A stretch of DNA of 52,031 nt, filler included, from Sphacelaria rigidula (GCA_964200075.2; 4 parts of 4 records of this genome joined end to end with filler, not necessarily neighbours in it), one strand, 5' to 3'. Counted from the first letter of the whole stretch, positions 39,001 through 52,031 are shown. Numbers and translations are program-made. Notes: generated by a model from the letters alone, not told the origin.

Positions 39001-39100
39001 NNNNNNNNNNNNNNNNNNNNNNNNNNNNNNNNNNNNNNNNNNNNTTAATTAATTAANNNNNNNNNNNNNNNNNNNNNNNNNNNNNNNNNNNNNNNNNNNN
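39001..39100. other. Artificial contig linker
   Basis: Same 100-nt linker. Confidence 0.98.
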
Positions 39101-39142
<42 letters not shown>

Positions 39143-39143
<1 letters not shown>

Positions 39144-39432
39144 ATCTCAGAGGGACGAGGAGTGCGGACGTGCACCTTCATCAGCTCCTCCGTCAGTGAT
39201 GACAAATATCTCTCATTTCTTCCAATCGAGAACATACAGCACACCTTTAGACAGCTGTACGTTTTTTCCTTGTCACTTTGAGAAGGAAAATGAGAAGAAC
39301 ACCGTTCTGAGGATCGGTCCGTACCGTCGGGTAATCCGCCGCACTTTCCACCAACAATCTGGGAACGGTATACTGGATCTTACGCTCTTGCATCTCACGC
39401 TGTTCCCCACGAGTCAAGTTACCACATGATCA
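39143..39432 (-). repeat. 3' LTR of the copia element (partial; runs into (CA)n and the contig start)
   Basis: About 290 bp matching 43821-44109. Starts TGATCA on the minus strand and is preceded by a PPT-like AGTGAGGGTGT. Confidence 0.85.
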
Positions 39433-40730
39433 ACACCCTCACTAATTTTGCACATTGGGATTGCACATTGGGAATTCGAACACATGTGAAAAAAAGTGCT
39501 CTCAATGATGACTCATAGAAATTGGCGGAACACTTGATCCCTTCAACCCTCAAAAAAATGTTCCCTACAAGCACAAGTCGTACCCAAGTCAAAACCGAAA
39601 TATAAACTAGCCTCGACTATGACACGGGTTTCATGAGAATGCACTTGACCTCTAATGGGGCACACTAAGTTAATCCTCGCGGCGGCATCTCGATCAAACC
39701 GTTCATAGCTTGACATATAATCGGTACAAGGTCCGAGATTCATACCTCAGTCGACAAAGTTGCCTCATTCACGTGATGTTCATCACAACATCCCTGTGGT
39801 ACCGGAAACTATCCACACAGGTATCGATTTCGTCAGTACATCAGCATGCTGTTGAGCTGTTGGGACATGCTCCACTCGAATGACCTGCTCAGACACCAAC
39901 TCTCTCAAAAAGTGATGGCGTGTATCTATATGCTTACTGTTGTGGGAGCTTCGCGGATTATTCGCGAGCTGAATATCTCCCTCGTTGTCCTTGTATACTG
40001 TCACCGGAATGCAAAACTCCTTCCTCTGCGGTTGCATGCATTTCACTACCTTCACACAAAGAGCATCCTACACCACATCCCCCATCGCTACATACTCAGC
40101 CTGAGTCGTAGACAACGTTACATTCTTCTGAGTTTGAGAGGAAAACCCAACCATAGCCCCACAGAAAAATATTGTCCCTCCCGACACTGAACGCCGATTG
40201 TCGAATTTTGCGTAGTCAGCATACGCATACGCTACCAACTCGTCGCTCGAACCCCTGACATACGTAATCCCTAAATCTACCGTGGTCCTTGGGTATTAAA
40301 AATCTTCAACACTTCACGCCAGTCTTCCGCTGTCGGGTTCTCGTTTTTGCGTGGACGCAGCTCTCACGGCATCGGCGATGTCCGGACGAGTGTTGCTGGA
40401 GAGCCACATCAGCGATCCTACCACTTCTCGATACCTCCCCCTAAAGTCTTCTCCCTCATCGACCTTGAAAGAGGGTGAAACATACGCGGGGGTCGCTGCG
40501 GTCCTAGTGATGGAAAATCTGTCTGAAAATTCGGTGGATATATGCAGTCTGTGACAACTTCAGAGTACCCTTCTCGAGGTCGTGCCGGTACTCGCACCCC
40601 GCATACAAGACCAGTTCTCCAAGATTTTTCGTCGGAAAGTGACAGTTGAGATCTGCAGCCAACTTGTTGCACGCAGCCTCATCACCCACCACGAACATGT
40701 CGTCGACATGAACCACGATCAGAAGCTTAA

Positions 40731-40859
40731 CCCTTTGGGAAGTGAAGTGCTGATCTTTGTTTTGTGAATCTTTGTGAATCGGCATCATTTTGACTTGAAA
40801 ATGATGTCGATTCACCAAAACAAAAATCAGCACTCCCTGGGGATCTAGTTCCCAAAGGG
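40731..40859. mobile_element. 129-bp piggyBac-like MITE inserted in the copia RT
   Basis: TTAA|CCCTTTGGGAA...TTCCCAAAGGG|TTAA. Removal restores MDGEEVKLLIVVHVDD. Confidence 0.92.
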
Positions 40860-43820
40860 TTAACCTCCTCCCCGTCCATCAACTGTAGATGCACGGGTCG
40901 ACCAAACTCTGCTCGAAGCCCAGACTTTTCAGAGTTTCCCCCCAGCTTACCGAAGCCTTCCCTGGCTGCTTGTCGAATCCCATACAAACTTTTCCTCATG
41001 TGTACGACAGTACCTGGCCGTCCACCGAGACCTGGTGGCAACCGCATGTACACTTAATCATTCAGCTCAGATTGTACGAAAGCTTGCTCAACGTCAAAGT
41101 GAAGAATGATCTTTCCCTCAGCGCAAGCTACCGCCGCGGCTACTCTGTTGGTTGTTGAGGCAGGGGTAGGTGAAAACGTTGAAGTATCGCCAAGTGACAT
41201 TGCGAGTGGTGATGACATATCTACCCTTAGTCTGCATTCTCATGGCGTCTCGAGGGTAGTTGTAACCAGGTCCTACGTAAAAACATTCCTGTGCTTTGGG
41301 CATACATTTCGAAGACCTTTTATACTTAACGTACCCTGGCTTAAAGAAAAGTAGAAGCTTAACCTGGGGCACTTTACCATAGTATAGTTCATGTGGAGAC
41401 TTTTTAACAGGGTTAGCCTTGGTAGCAGAGCGATTTAATGCGTCTGCTGCCCAATGATACGATTCAGCCCACATTCTTGCCTGGACATCAACATCGTACA
41501 GTACCTTCGCCTGGATGCATGCAGCCATGGCGGCCTGCTCAACCATTGCTATCGCACGCTCAGCCACACCGTAATACTCAGGACTGTCTGCTGGGGTGTA
41601 CTCCTGTCTAATCCTTCGTGTCCTACACAGGTCGCTGAAAGATCCAGCAAACTCTCCTCCACCGTCCGACCTCACAGTTTCCACCATCGAGGGAATGCAT
41701 TTTTCCAGGGGCGAGAACAGCATTAGCAGACTCATCGTGGTCAACTTCACGATCCGTCGAGGTGGTTGATGGTGAAAATCGAGTGAAAACCATGATATCA
41801 TTTCTTCTTGAAAAACACTCCCCTTCCATCAGGCAAAGCAATCACAGTCCATCTCTTCGTCACACTAATCGGCGAATCATGTGCCACGGCCACACTCTGC
41901 ACGGAAAACAATTTCATGTCTAACTCTGGGACATGTGCCAGCCACCCTGTTGATACTGAAAATTAGTTGACCATCGTCACCAACCGTTGATACTAACAGT
42001 TTGCCAAAGCCTGCTATCGGTACTCTATGGCTGTTTGCTACAGTGACCGATACAACCGTGCAAGGCTCGTAATCACACATTATCTCCTTCGATGGAGTCA
42101 CGTGATATGACGCTCCGCTATCCGCTATCCAAACCTCCTTGCCCCCTTCATCTTGAATTGGGCGGTCATCTTGTGCACTGTCTGCTGCGGACGCGTGTTC
42201 ACCAGTCTTGGTCTCCGTTGCAACGTACCCAAAACCTGCGGAATCCTTGAAATTGCTGATGTACACATCGCGACCATCTTATGAAACCCCTAGGAGTGTC
42301 CTTTGCCTCCACTTCTTCACAAATACGTTCAGGGCATTCCAATTTGAAATGACCGGTCTCACCACACTCGAAACTCGTTAGCTTCTTCCTTCCAATTTTC
42401 TGTGTGTTTGTTGAACTACTGTCGCAAATATTTCCAGTCGTACCGCCGTTACCCTGAACCTTGCTAGTACTATGTGCTGTCGCTGATTTTTGCGACCTAT
42501 TCCCACCCCCTTTACTCTTACCCTTCGGGGTGGAACCTTCGTTGCCGGTGTAGAGGGCATGGTTGTGATCTGTACTACACGAATAACCTGTTTTCTTGAG
42601 CGGAAGATATTTTTTTTTGACAACGGCTCGTGTCTCATCCGACTGAAAAGTCGGCTCCAAACGTAATTTATCTCGTACAGTGGTGTACTCAGAGGGAAGG
42701 GAAGTGAGAAACTTGTCCACGACAATCTCTTGAGCAATCTCCTGTCCCAGCGACCTAGCATGCGACTGCAACAACTGTAATCGGATCCAGAACTCATGAG
42801 TGTCTTGACCCTTGCTGTAACTTTGGGTGTTGAACTCGGCCGAAACGTCCATCTTTGAGCCTGATGTTTTCGGAGAAAACTGTTCATCCAAAGAGCGCCA
42901 TGCTACAGAAGGCGATCGCGACTCGAAAAGTATGTGTCTACCGACCCCATCCTTAACAATGTTGAGCAACAAAATATACGCGAGACGTGCTCGTTTGATG
43001 TCGTCCGAACTCACACCCAACCCTAGTAGGTGCTGTTCGTCCATGGGTCAAAAAAAGATCAACACAAAGCGCAGGATCTCTAAACAATCCCTCGCCGAAT
43101 CCGTACATAAAAGCATACCGCTCAACTTGTCGCTTAAAATTCACTCACGCATAACCCTCATTGTTGTCGAAAGGACGAATTTGTCGAGCCTCCAATGTTC
43201 GAGAATCGACACTCAACAGTATCGACGTACCTAGAGCGTTGCTTTGTCTTTGTACATCGACACCCGCACCCAAATCCATTGCACTTGGGAATTCAAGACC
43301 GGACATCCTACCCGACGCCGTGCTCCTGACTTGAGTACCCGCAGCTCCTCCGGATCGAGCACCGGTCGAGCTGCTGAGCGGTCTTGCCCTTGCTCCGATG
43401 TGCATCGGATCAGCTTCCTGCCGTGGCGGGCCCTCTGTTCCCACCGTTGCGGAAGCTTCTCTAGCCCTACTAGCTTGCCATTTCTTGAATCTATGATGAT
43501 CTTCCGGCGTGACTAAGATCTCTTGCGCGGAAACGTCCCGCTCAGCTACTACATTTCTAGTTCCTTGCTGCTCGCTTTATGTACCCCTCATGGTAAAAGC
43601 CTCATCTACTAGCCCAAGCCTATCGTAAGTACTACACCCTAGCGTGTCGATATACTTCGAGCACACGCTGATTCAAGCAGCACCGACTGTTTAATAAGAA
43701 AGTAGAAGGCAGCTCGTACAACACCAGTTGTCGAGATGGAAGCGATCAAGCAGAGGTATGTAAAAATACTAATTATCACGTTGAATACCACCGGCATATG
43801 AGAGGAAAAACACCCACACG

Positions 43821-44109
43821 GATCTCAGAGGGACGAAGGGTGCGGACGTGCACCTTCATCAGCTCCTCCGTCAGCTATGACAAATATCTCTCATTTTTTC
43901 CATCGAGAACATACAGCACGCCTTTAGACAACTGTACGTTTTTTCCTTGTCGCTTTGAGAAGGAAAATGAGAAGAACACCGTTCTGAGGATCAGTCCGTA
44001 CCGTCGGGTAATCCGCCGCACTTTCCACCAACAATCTGGGAACGGTATACTGGATCTTACGCTCTTGCATCTCACGCTGTTCCCCACGAGTCAAATTACC
44101 GCATGATCA
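43821..44109 (-). repeat. 5' LTR of the copia element (inner boundary not determinable)
   Basis: Matches 39143-39432 with about 11 substitutions and 1 indel by manual count. Confidence 0.85.
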
Positions 44110-44856
44110 AAATCACATACCCAGAACATCTTGTCTTCTACTGCTGCCCGTGCTGTCTGGCCGGCGTGGATTGCGTAAACCTATCATGATATTGTGCCAT
44201 CAGCCGTACCTTGAAACGTCATGTATCGTCACAGAACATGGCGTCGTGCAGTGTCACAAGGTCCAAGCGTACTGGTCGGGCTTACATTCTGCCATCATTC
44301 GTGTCAAAGCTGAGCTTTCAATCCTTGAGGACGCTGAAGGCGGCCACCGCCTTCACACTTCACCATGTATTTTCCTACAATCACCACATCGCATGCATGT
44401 AAGACACGTCTCCGTGTGTCATCTCGTAGACGTCGACTGTGGTATCTTTTTGTTTTTTGCTTGGAGGAAGGAAGAAATCTCACCCAACACTTACCCCGCG
44501 AACGGATTCGTGTGCCGATTTCCCAGAGGCTCGGCTAGACCGCCTCGCGGCAGTCATATGGGGAAGGGGCCTCGAGCGTTCGGAAAGCTTTGCTCAAGGC
44601 AATATGGGGGTCGAACCCACTGAAACCAACCCCTTATCAACTGGACGCAGTGTACGCGTCGCCCTACTCTCATGAGCTTCGTCTTTAAGACTACGGTATC
44701 GTGTGCAGTAATGATACGCATGACTTGGCTGGGTCCAGTTGCGCACGCAGTTTGAACTCTTGTTTGACGACCAGTGTCGATCTAGACCTGAAAGTGCTCA
44801 CTAACGGCACCCTGTCTCTATCCCCCCTTTCGTTCTGTCCCCTGCTCCTGTTGTAG

Positions 44857-47800
44857 GGCGTGCTTGAGAAACACGCCATCCTGCACACGACAAGCGTGCT
44901 CACTGGGAGAGTCCTGCTGCTTGCTTTCGGCACCGTCCGGATCCAAAAAAAGCCCGGCAACACCCGCACCGCAGCAGGAGCAATTCCGACAGCGCTAGCG
45001 GAAGTGACAACGCCCACAAAGACATCACCTACTAGCAGTGGGAAAGGAGCGGCAACAGGTCGGTCAGAGGCAGCGGGGACGTCATCGCGGACGGTCAAAG
45101 CCGGATCGCAATGCTACCTCATGGTCGGAGAAACTCTCGAACTGGACGCCGGCAATGCAAAGCCGACCTACCGGTACACTCTCGCGTCCTCCAATCCGCC
45201 GGTATCTCCCCCGGGATCACCACGAACAAGCGGTGTCAAAAACGGCAGCGGCGGTAGCGGCGGGAGGAAGCGACCACGAAGCCCCCTTCCAGCGACCGTG
45301 TTTAAATCAGAGACTTTTGGCGAGTCGACAGAGCCGTGGTCGGGCGGTCGTCGGGCGCCAATGGAACATACAGCGTCTACCGCGCGTCGCACCGGGTCGT
45401 TGTTCGGCGCTGCTAGCGGCATAGGAAACGCGAAACGACATCTAGACTTGTTCAGCACGTCGCGGAGGGTTGGAGTTACCCCCCCAGCGGCAAGGCCGAC
45501 GGTCGTTGAAGTGGAAGATAGCGACGAGGAAGAGAGTGGTCCATCGCCTGCCGCTATCCGCGACGAGTCACTGAATGGGAGGGCCGTGCCTACGGCGGCT
45601 GTCAAAGCTGCAGTAGTCAATGGGGACACATATGGGCGTGCTGCGCAAGCGACTGTGCGCAAGCGGCGGCGGGACCGGTCCAGCGGTAAGAAAACCAGTA
45701 GTTCTCCGTTCAATCCGGCCGCGGTTTTGGACCTCACTGACGATCGTGGGCCGAAAGGATTGCCCGTTGGTTTCAGTTGTGTCGAGCCTGTAGACCTGTG
45801 CGATTCGGAAGATGATGCGAGCCCGGTCGGCGGCAATGCTGATAGTACAGGGCTCGCGGCGAAGAAGGCGGCAGCGGTAACGACGGCGGGTGCATCTGAC
45901 TCTTCCGTGTGTACGGTGAGAAAAGAATGCGTTGCCCCAGAAGGGTCACCAGCGGCGCCGCCGGCCGAAGTACCGCCTTGGACGGTGTGTGACCCGAGTG
46001 ATCGAGCTGCTGCTGCGTTGGGGAAAACTTCAGCATCGACCGATCCAACGCCATCAGCATCGTTTGAGGAGACTGTTACGGCAGGAGAAGTGGAGGTCGT
46101 AGCGACAAAAATGGTAGAAATCACACCATCGAGTATCGAGGTGCCAGTGGTTGCGGACTCCCTCGCGTCGCCGAAAGATGAAAAACCGGCGACCGATCCC
46201 GTGACGGATCTGTTGTCGGCTACACGCCATCAAGCGGCAGAGCATGCATCATCGAAAGCTCCAAGTTGTTCGGCAGCTGCAAGCCTACCTCCGTTAGTCT
46301 GCACTCCGACGGGGCCTTCGTTGAAAGTTATCGCGGCGGATGATGGAATCGATTCCAAGGTTAGTCCGCCGCAGGTCCCTTCACGCCGGCACAAGTTTGG
46401 GCCGATGTCAACGGCTGCGCTGTTGCCGCGCCCCCCGTCATTCCGCGAGTGGAAACAGGTCAACCCTATGCTTCGCTCTGTTTTGGTATCGATGATTGGC
46501 AACGACCCCCGCGACTCGCTGCTGATCACAGAAGAAATGCTGGCTCGGGAAATCGCCCCGTCCTACGCTGTGTGTGACGCAGTTGTGTCAGCGCTGCTGC
46601 GATCCAGGTAAGGAACATGAAGGAAAGGTTTTATGTAGTTCAATTTTTGCCACGAACGTCATGTTTTTCTTCTTTTTTCCTTGCATTCAGTGTCTTTTTA
46701 CTCGACGTTTCTGCGCAACCGAACGCGAAATCGTGCGTCGGCTGTTTTCATTCATCGGTGTCCCCAGGGTTCTCAAACTACCTTTTAGAAAACATTTGCT
46801 CACCGGTCAGTTATTTCCTTGAAGCACAGTAACAGGACAGTTGGCGGATAGTCCGCACGTGTTTTCTATTCGGATTTACTCTGAGAACCTGGCTTGCTTA
46901 GTATGTAGTTGATGCTAACCTCCGTGCAACTCCTGATCCTTGTAGTGCACGTAGACAATGTTATTATTCAGGCTCTAGTTTGAATGCAGGGGATTGTGAA
47001 TTCAGGGTGCATGATGAATTCATCTTCCTGGTAGCTACTGCGTCTGTTTCGGTCAAAATACCACGAGGTTGTCGTTTTACTCGCGTATCACGTATCTTAC
47101 ATCAGGCTATGACCCAGTAGAGCACGGGGTGGCGGTGTCACTACATAACGCTACCTTTCTCGCCCTTGTTTTGCATCCGAAAGCTCCTGTCGGCGACGCC
47201 AAATGATGACACATGGCTCACACAGAAGATTAGGTACCGTGAGGGCCGGTGTACTTGCTCAGGTTGTGAAGTTTGAGTTGATGGATGCAGTGTGAAGCAC
47301 GCACATGTCACTTCCGATGAAGAGAGTGGGGCTTCATAGCAGGGGTGGCACATCTCTCAGCTCATTCGCCTACCTCCCTGCCCCCCTCCTCCCCATTTTT
47401 CGACCTTGTAGAAACACTTCGAACATTTTATATGTCGTCCGACAACCATATAGAAACATGTTGGGCGTGGTACCGACACTGAAGGATATGCCACACCTCG
47501 CCCACATGGTCAATGTAACACAATTTTGATCAAATGGGGTACCGTTAGTTCTCTGTGCATTTTTTGAAAGCTGATAGCTGAAACTAAGAAGGTAACGACC
47601 GCGTGGCCAAGGCGTACCATAGTCCATTGCGGGGGGAAAAGTTGAATAACCACAGTCCATACCAGTTCTTCAATCAACTTAATAAGCATATACTTCCTCT
47701 GTCCCATAAGTCTGGGGAGTTATGGGCGTGTAATTGTTTGCGCATTTATACTTTTCCGGTCATCCTATAGTTAGGTTCGTTGGGAAGATGAAGTCTCAAC

Positions 47801-50800
47801 AAAGCTGATACAAGAAAAAAACCCGTTTGTTTATACTAAAATGAAGTCGAAATATGCCCATTTTTGATAATTTTTTTTGAGATTTTTTTTGAGAATTCGT
47901 GTTTACCACCCCTAGACCTAGCCCACAGGCAACACAATACCCCAAAGTGTCTTGGTTTTAGTGTGGAACCCCCAAGTGTCTTGTTTTTAATGTAGGGTCA
48001 ATATTATACTGGTTTTAGTATAGGGGATGCGATGGATCGTTGAGTTGGAGCGTTGAGTAGAGGGGGGGGGGCTACTGTTGTTTGGTTTGCCCCCAAGTGT
48101 CTTGGTTTTAGTGTAGGGTCACTATTATACTGGTTTTAGTATGGGGATGCGACGTGGATCGTGGAGTAGAGGGGGGTTGGGTTTAGGGTTGGGGATAATT
48201 CCTGGGGGGTTTTGGTGTTTTTTTTAGTGCCCCCAGTGGAAAGTGGTTAAAATACGGCCATTTTTGGCCTGACTACTTTTTTGTTAGCCGCTAGCACATG
48301 CAGGGTAGTGCGCAAGAAAAAAAAAAAATCGTGTTTCAACCCAAAAAACGCTCAAAATTTCAAAAAAATTATCGCCGAAGACATCCGACACGCTTAAGGG
48401 CTCGTACAAACATGACTCCCAAAACTTGTGGGACAGAGGAAGTAATGTGTGAAAATTGGAACGACACAGATACACTTTTTGGCATTTTTTCGATGGCTTT
48501 TTGAGGGCGAGCATCATCGAGTTGTGCAGAACGAATGAGTGCTCTGAACTACCGGTGACGAGCATAAAAAAAAGGTCAAGAAATATTTTGCAAAAAGTAC
48601 ACGGGTGACGAGCTGAAAAATCCCCGCTTTTCGCCCTCAACTTTGAGCTGTGATGTCTTGCCCCGTAGTTTAAAAAAAAGAGTAGTCCTGGGTGCAGGTC
48701 CAATTCATCCGAATCCGAGGAGTTTTTCGACATTCGTCGGTCCGATATCGAGTATAAGTCTCCACAGCCGGAGCTGGGAAAGGAGGGGCTATTTCGTTTT
48801 TCTCAGTCAATTTTGGCCACACTATTGTTTTCTTCGATAGAACGTTGCACCTTGACGAGATATGTTCAAATCCGGTATCAAAAATAAAGAAGGCTTCTTC
48901 GTCGAGCTCCAAGATTTTCACCGATATTAACCTAAAACATGATTTTCTCCCAACACGAGACCAAAGTTAATGATGTGAACTGATGCTTCGACCCGCCTGA
49001 AGCACAGCTTTCTAACGATATATTTCATGTCTTGTGAGAATACGTACCGGGCTCCGAAAAGCCCTATATGTGAACGTTGAATCTTCGTGGAAATTGTGTT
49101 GCATGGAACATGAGGGAAATTTTTGGTGGGTGTTGTTCAGGAGAGTGACGTTGCCGGAGCACCAGGAACATCAGGAATGTGCTCTGTGGGCGCACTCCGA
49201 TTCTCCCACGTAGGCCTCATGTGACGCAGATACGCGTCCTGGTGCTACTCATCGGCAACCCTCGACGATTAAAAGCACACGAAGTAGTGGGGACGAAGGT
49301 TATCTGCCCACACCAGAGAGTGGCCTTCACGTCGCCCCAACTTCAGGCGGGGCCGCGGCAAGCTAAACATGTCCCACTCATGTCCGACTCATTATTTTTC
49401 CCGCCTCTGATCGCCGACCTACAACAGCCATGGTGTGCCAGGTGAAGCGCACTCACGTTTTTATCTCGTCCCATCGTCGTTTTTCCACTCTTGAGCCACA
49501 AACGCGCTGCCGCACGCTGATCAGGCCGTTTCAGCACAGAGCTGACTCGACTGTACTCAAGTTTGAATTGAACGAGTCCTGGGCCATGTTCGTTGTGTCT
49601 TGGAACAGTTGTCGGTGAACCGGAGTTCCTTTATCCGACTTACGGAAGCTCTCCGCTGCTGTACGAGTTCAATTGCGAATGACACTGGATACCACCGTTT
49701 CGGAGCGGAAAACCGAAGACGGGACTGATGGGAAGCTGTTGAGTCCTTTTCACGTCATGGCTCTTGAAGCTTTTGCTCGCGCCGTATTCCTGGGAGGCGA
49801 TGGGACAGAACTCGACGGTACAGTGACTGTTAATAACCCCATGGATGTTTTCCTCCTCGTGCTCCTCAACGAACTCGTGGCCGGTTTTCTCTCTCGTTCC
49901 TGTTTCGCTATACACACACAGGTCGAGTACGCGAACACAGTGTATTAAACGTCAACTCCGAGCGATCCTCACAGCATGTCCAGGCCACTGGCACCCACCC
50001 ACAACAGACGGACCCGGTTGGCTCGAAGGCGTCATGTCCGGAATTACGGATAACATCGCCGGGGAGCACGCAGCACACCCGGAGCCAGTGTCACTCGGAG
50101 CCTTGGAAGCTCACAACGTCGCGCTCGAGCTCGTAGTAGACTACCTGGTAGAGGCCCGTCGCAGTCACGACCGCAGGAGTAGGCCCGCAGCTGAAGGTGG
50201 CTACGGTGGCTGGTCGGCTGCCAGGGGCGAGGCGGCGTCAGCAGTGGCGGCGGCGGGTGCTGTCTCGGGGGCATCGCACGCGGACACGCTCCGTCAGCTG
50301 TTCGAGTGGATTACTCCGGGGCGCGATGATGTGTGTTCGAGCGTTGCCGCAAGGGATGCCGCGCGACGCGCAGTAAAAAAGTGTGCGACCTGGGCGTGGA
50401 AATGTAGTATTGGCGGAGGCTCGAGGTTCGCCGCCGTGGCAGGGTTGAAGCCTATCGACGGCGTTGCTCCAGGAAGCAACAACCACTATCGGCGGAGGTC
50501 GGGTACAGGGCTGAAGAGGGTGAGCGGCAAGGCCGACACTGTGCAGAAAGCGGCTCGTGTTTTGACGGCGCGGCTTTTGGGAGAGGTGGTGGAGATGTGC
50601 GGCTTACAGGCGACGATAGCATGCCAGGTTATCAAAGACGAGATGCTGAGTGGTGGCGATTCCCCGTATACCTCAGCGGTAGCGACTTCTTCGACTTTGA
50701 TGTATCCGCGTCGGCAAAGCGCGTATGACGCTGCTGCGCTGGCGCTGGATCACGACGCACGAGACGTGTCGGCATCGTCGGGTGGGGTACTAGAGGCCGG

Positions 50801-50999
50801 CACATGTTGCAACCTTCTGCGTGCTCTTGCGGGGCGTAGTTTTACCGCCGAGTTGGCTAGGCTTCTGCTCGCTGAAGTTCGGAACGGCGCTGTGTTGGTT
50901 GTCGGGCCGGATGGCAACAAGCGTCTGCAAGCGCTGCTGGCGCGGCAGGCTGCCGCCGAGAGGGGGGTGGGGCTGGTGGAGCGTTTCTCTCGTCTCTGA
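44857..50999 (+). CDS. Large spliced protein: N-terminal FHA-like domain, long low-complexity linker, unrecognised Ala-rich C-terminal region
   Basis: Exon 44857-46607 has a strong acceptor and an AG|GTAAGG donor (phase 2). It joins in phase to the exon starting at 49922 (open to 50999). 49214-49441 is an optional in-phase exon. EKHAIL...CYLMVGETLEL...YRYTL plus upstream VIWGRG (candidate exon 44527-44651) resembles APLF/PNKP-type FHA. KRPR and RKRRR are NLS-like. Confidence 0.7.
47940..48200. repeat. Intronic duplicated unit (CCCCAAGTGTCTTGGTTTTAGTGT...)
   Basis: About 47970-48070 repeats at about 48090-48180, with a shorter subunit at 47941. Confidence 0.7.
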
Positions 51000-52031
51000 A
51001 GTTTTAAATGAGTTTTGTGTATACATTTTCAGATTCTGTAGATAATTATAACAAACTCAATGTCGCAAAGTGTTGAAACGTGTCTTATGTGTGGGAACTG
51101 TGCTAGTCAGGGGGACGAGAGTGGTCACTGTTGTCGTTTGTCAAGTACCACGTCGCAGTTTTCGTTTGGGGCGGTGCTTGTTGTGGCCGGCTCGCTGTCG
51201 AGATGTTTTGCTGTATATTTTGAAAGGCGTATTTTGATGGACTAGAAGGAGTAACGTTTTTGTTTCCGGATTTCGCTCCTACGGTGTTCCAGCAAGTTTC
51301 AGTTCAGAATGCAGCGCTGACTGTGGACTGTGAACGGATTCTTACGCTAGATTTTGGGGTTCTTGAAATCATGGTTTGTGTGTTGGCGCTCCATCAATTC
51401 ACTCATTTTTTTTGTTTTCCATTTGCATGGTATTAAACAGGTATCTGCGCGTCAATATAGTGAAAGTAGCCATGAGACGCGGCGGTAGCTTTTGGTAGTA
51501 TTCGTGAGATGAGGAACAAAATGCCGTTTAAGGACGACATGCAACAAGGTGTATCGTACGAACCACTGCGCCGATTTGGCCACAGCTGATGCGTTACTCG
51601 ACGGCTCCTTGCTAGAGGATCACGTAGACAGCCTGCTGGTGTCCGGTTTATCGATCAGAAGTCTTGACATGCACGTTGAGCGAGCTTCAGAACAACAACA
51701 CTGTTGCGATTGCCCGACCTACTCGCGAAATATCCGAGAAATTGACGTGATGGTCCCACAAATTGATGAAACGGGGGTAGTGAAAGGCACCAGCATGGAG
51801 CTGTCGTCGGAGCTTCCGTTTGGATCACTCCACAAGGTACGCACGTCTAGACATATTTGGTGCGCTGGGTGCGTCAACGGTGAAGGGCCTCCTCGTCCCG
51901 AAGGTGTGAGATTAATCACTCAGTGCTGAGCCGGACAAACATGAGAGCGTTACATCTTTGGCGGTAATGGGGGTGTGGCGGAGGGGGGGAGGGGGGGGGG
52001 GGTCTCAAGGGGGGGAGGGGGGCGGGGGGGG

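Larger units (their letters stand above)
39101..44109 (-). mobile_element. Degenerate Ty1/copia LTR retrotransposon
   Basis: Minus-strand order is gag (about 43444-42300, eroded zinc knuckle ECGETGHFKLEC), protease (WIADSGASYH), integrase (RSDGGGEF, GVAER, MWAE), RT (FDVEQAF, HVDD), RNase H (DNEG, SKHID, ADVLTK). This is the copia domain order. Direct LTR copies lie at both ends. Confidence 0.93.

Noticed and set aside
43600..43630. Primer-binding site of the copia element
   Set aside because: No clear tRNA complement was recognised and the inner LTR boundary cannot be fixed.
45168..46124. 318-aa antisense ORF
   Set aside because: Shadow of the GC-rich, low-complexity plus-strand exon.
48175..48195. 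Telomeric repeat
   Set aside because: A single TTTAGGG-like unit inside an intronic repeat.
49609..49820. Extra exon of the FHA-like gene
   Set aside because: It looks coding (LLSPFHVMALEAFARAVF), but no acceptor in the required phase avoids the stop at 49616. Left unresolved.

Overview
Eukaryotic, intron-rich DNA of roughly 50% GC, most likely from a brown alga or related ochrophyte (inferred from the type III metacaspase, intron sizes and repeat style). The window is not one locus. It is four contigs of 12,934, 12,933, 12,933 and 12,931 bp joined by 100-nt N-TTAATTAATTAA-N linkers, which looks like a size-sorted draft assembly. Contig 1 carries a spliced TTC1 (TPR protein) gene and many MITEs and SINEs. 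Contig 2 carries a spliced class-3 lipase-like gene with a complete Ser-Asp-His triad, partly missed by the ORF track. Contig 3 carries a type III (p10-before-p20) metacaspase and a decayed RTE-like LINE. Contig 4 carries a decayed Ty1/copia element and a large FHA-like/low-complexity protein gene. The most unusual signal is a roughly 500-bp C-tailed retroposon family that lies sense to its host genes, fills nearly whole introns, and supplies a GTAAG donor and a pyrimidine tract. No CRISPR array, rRNA or intact tRNA was seen. All gene models were spliced by eye and their ends are incomplete.
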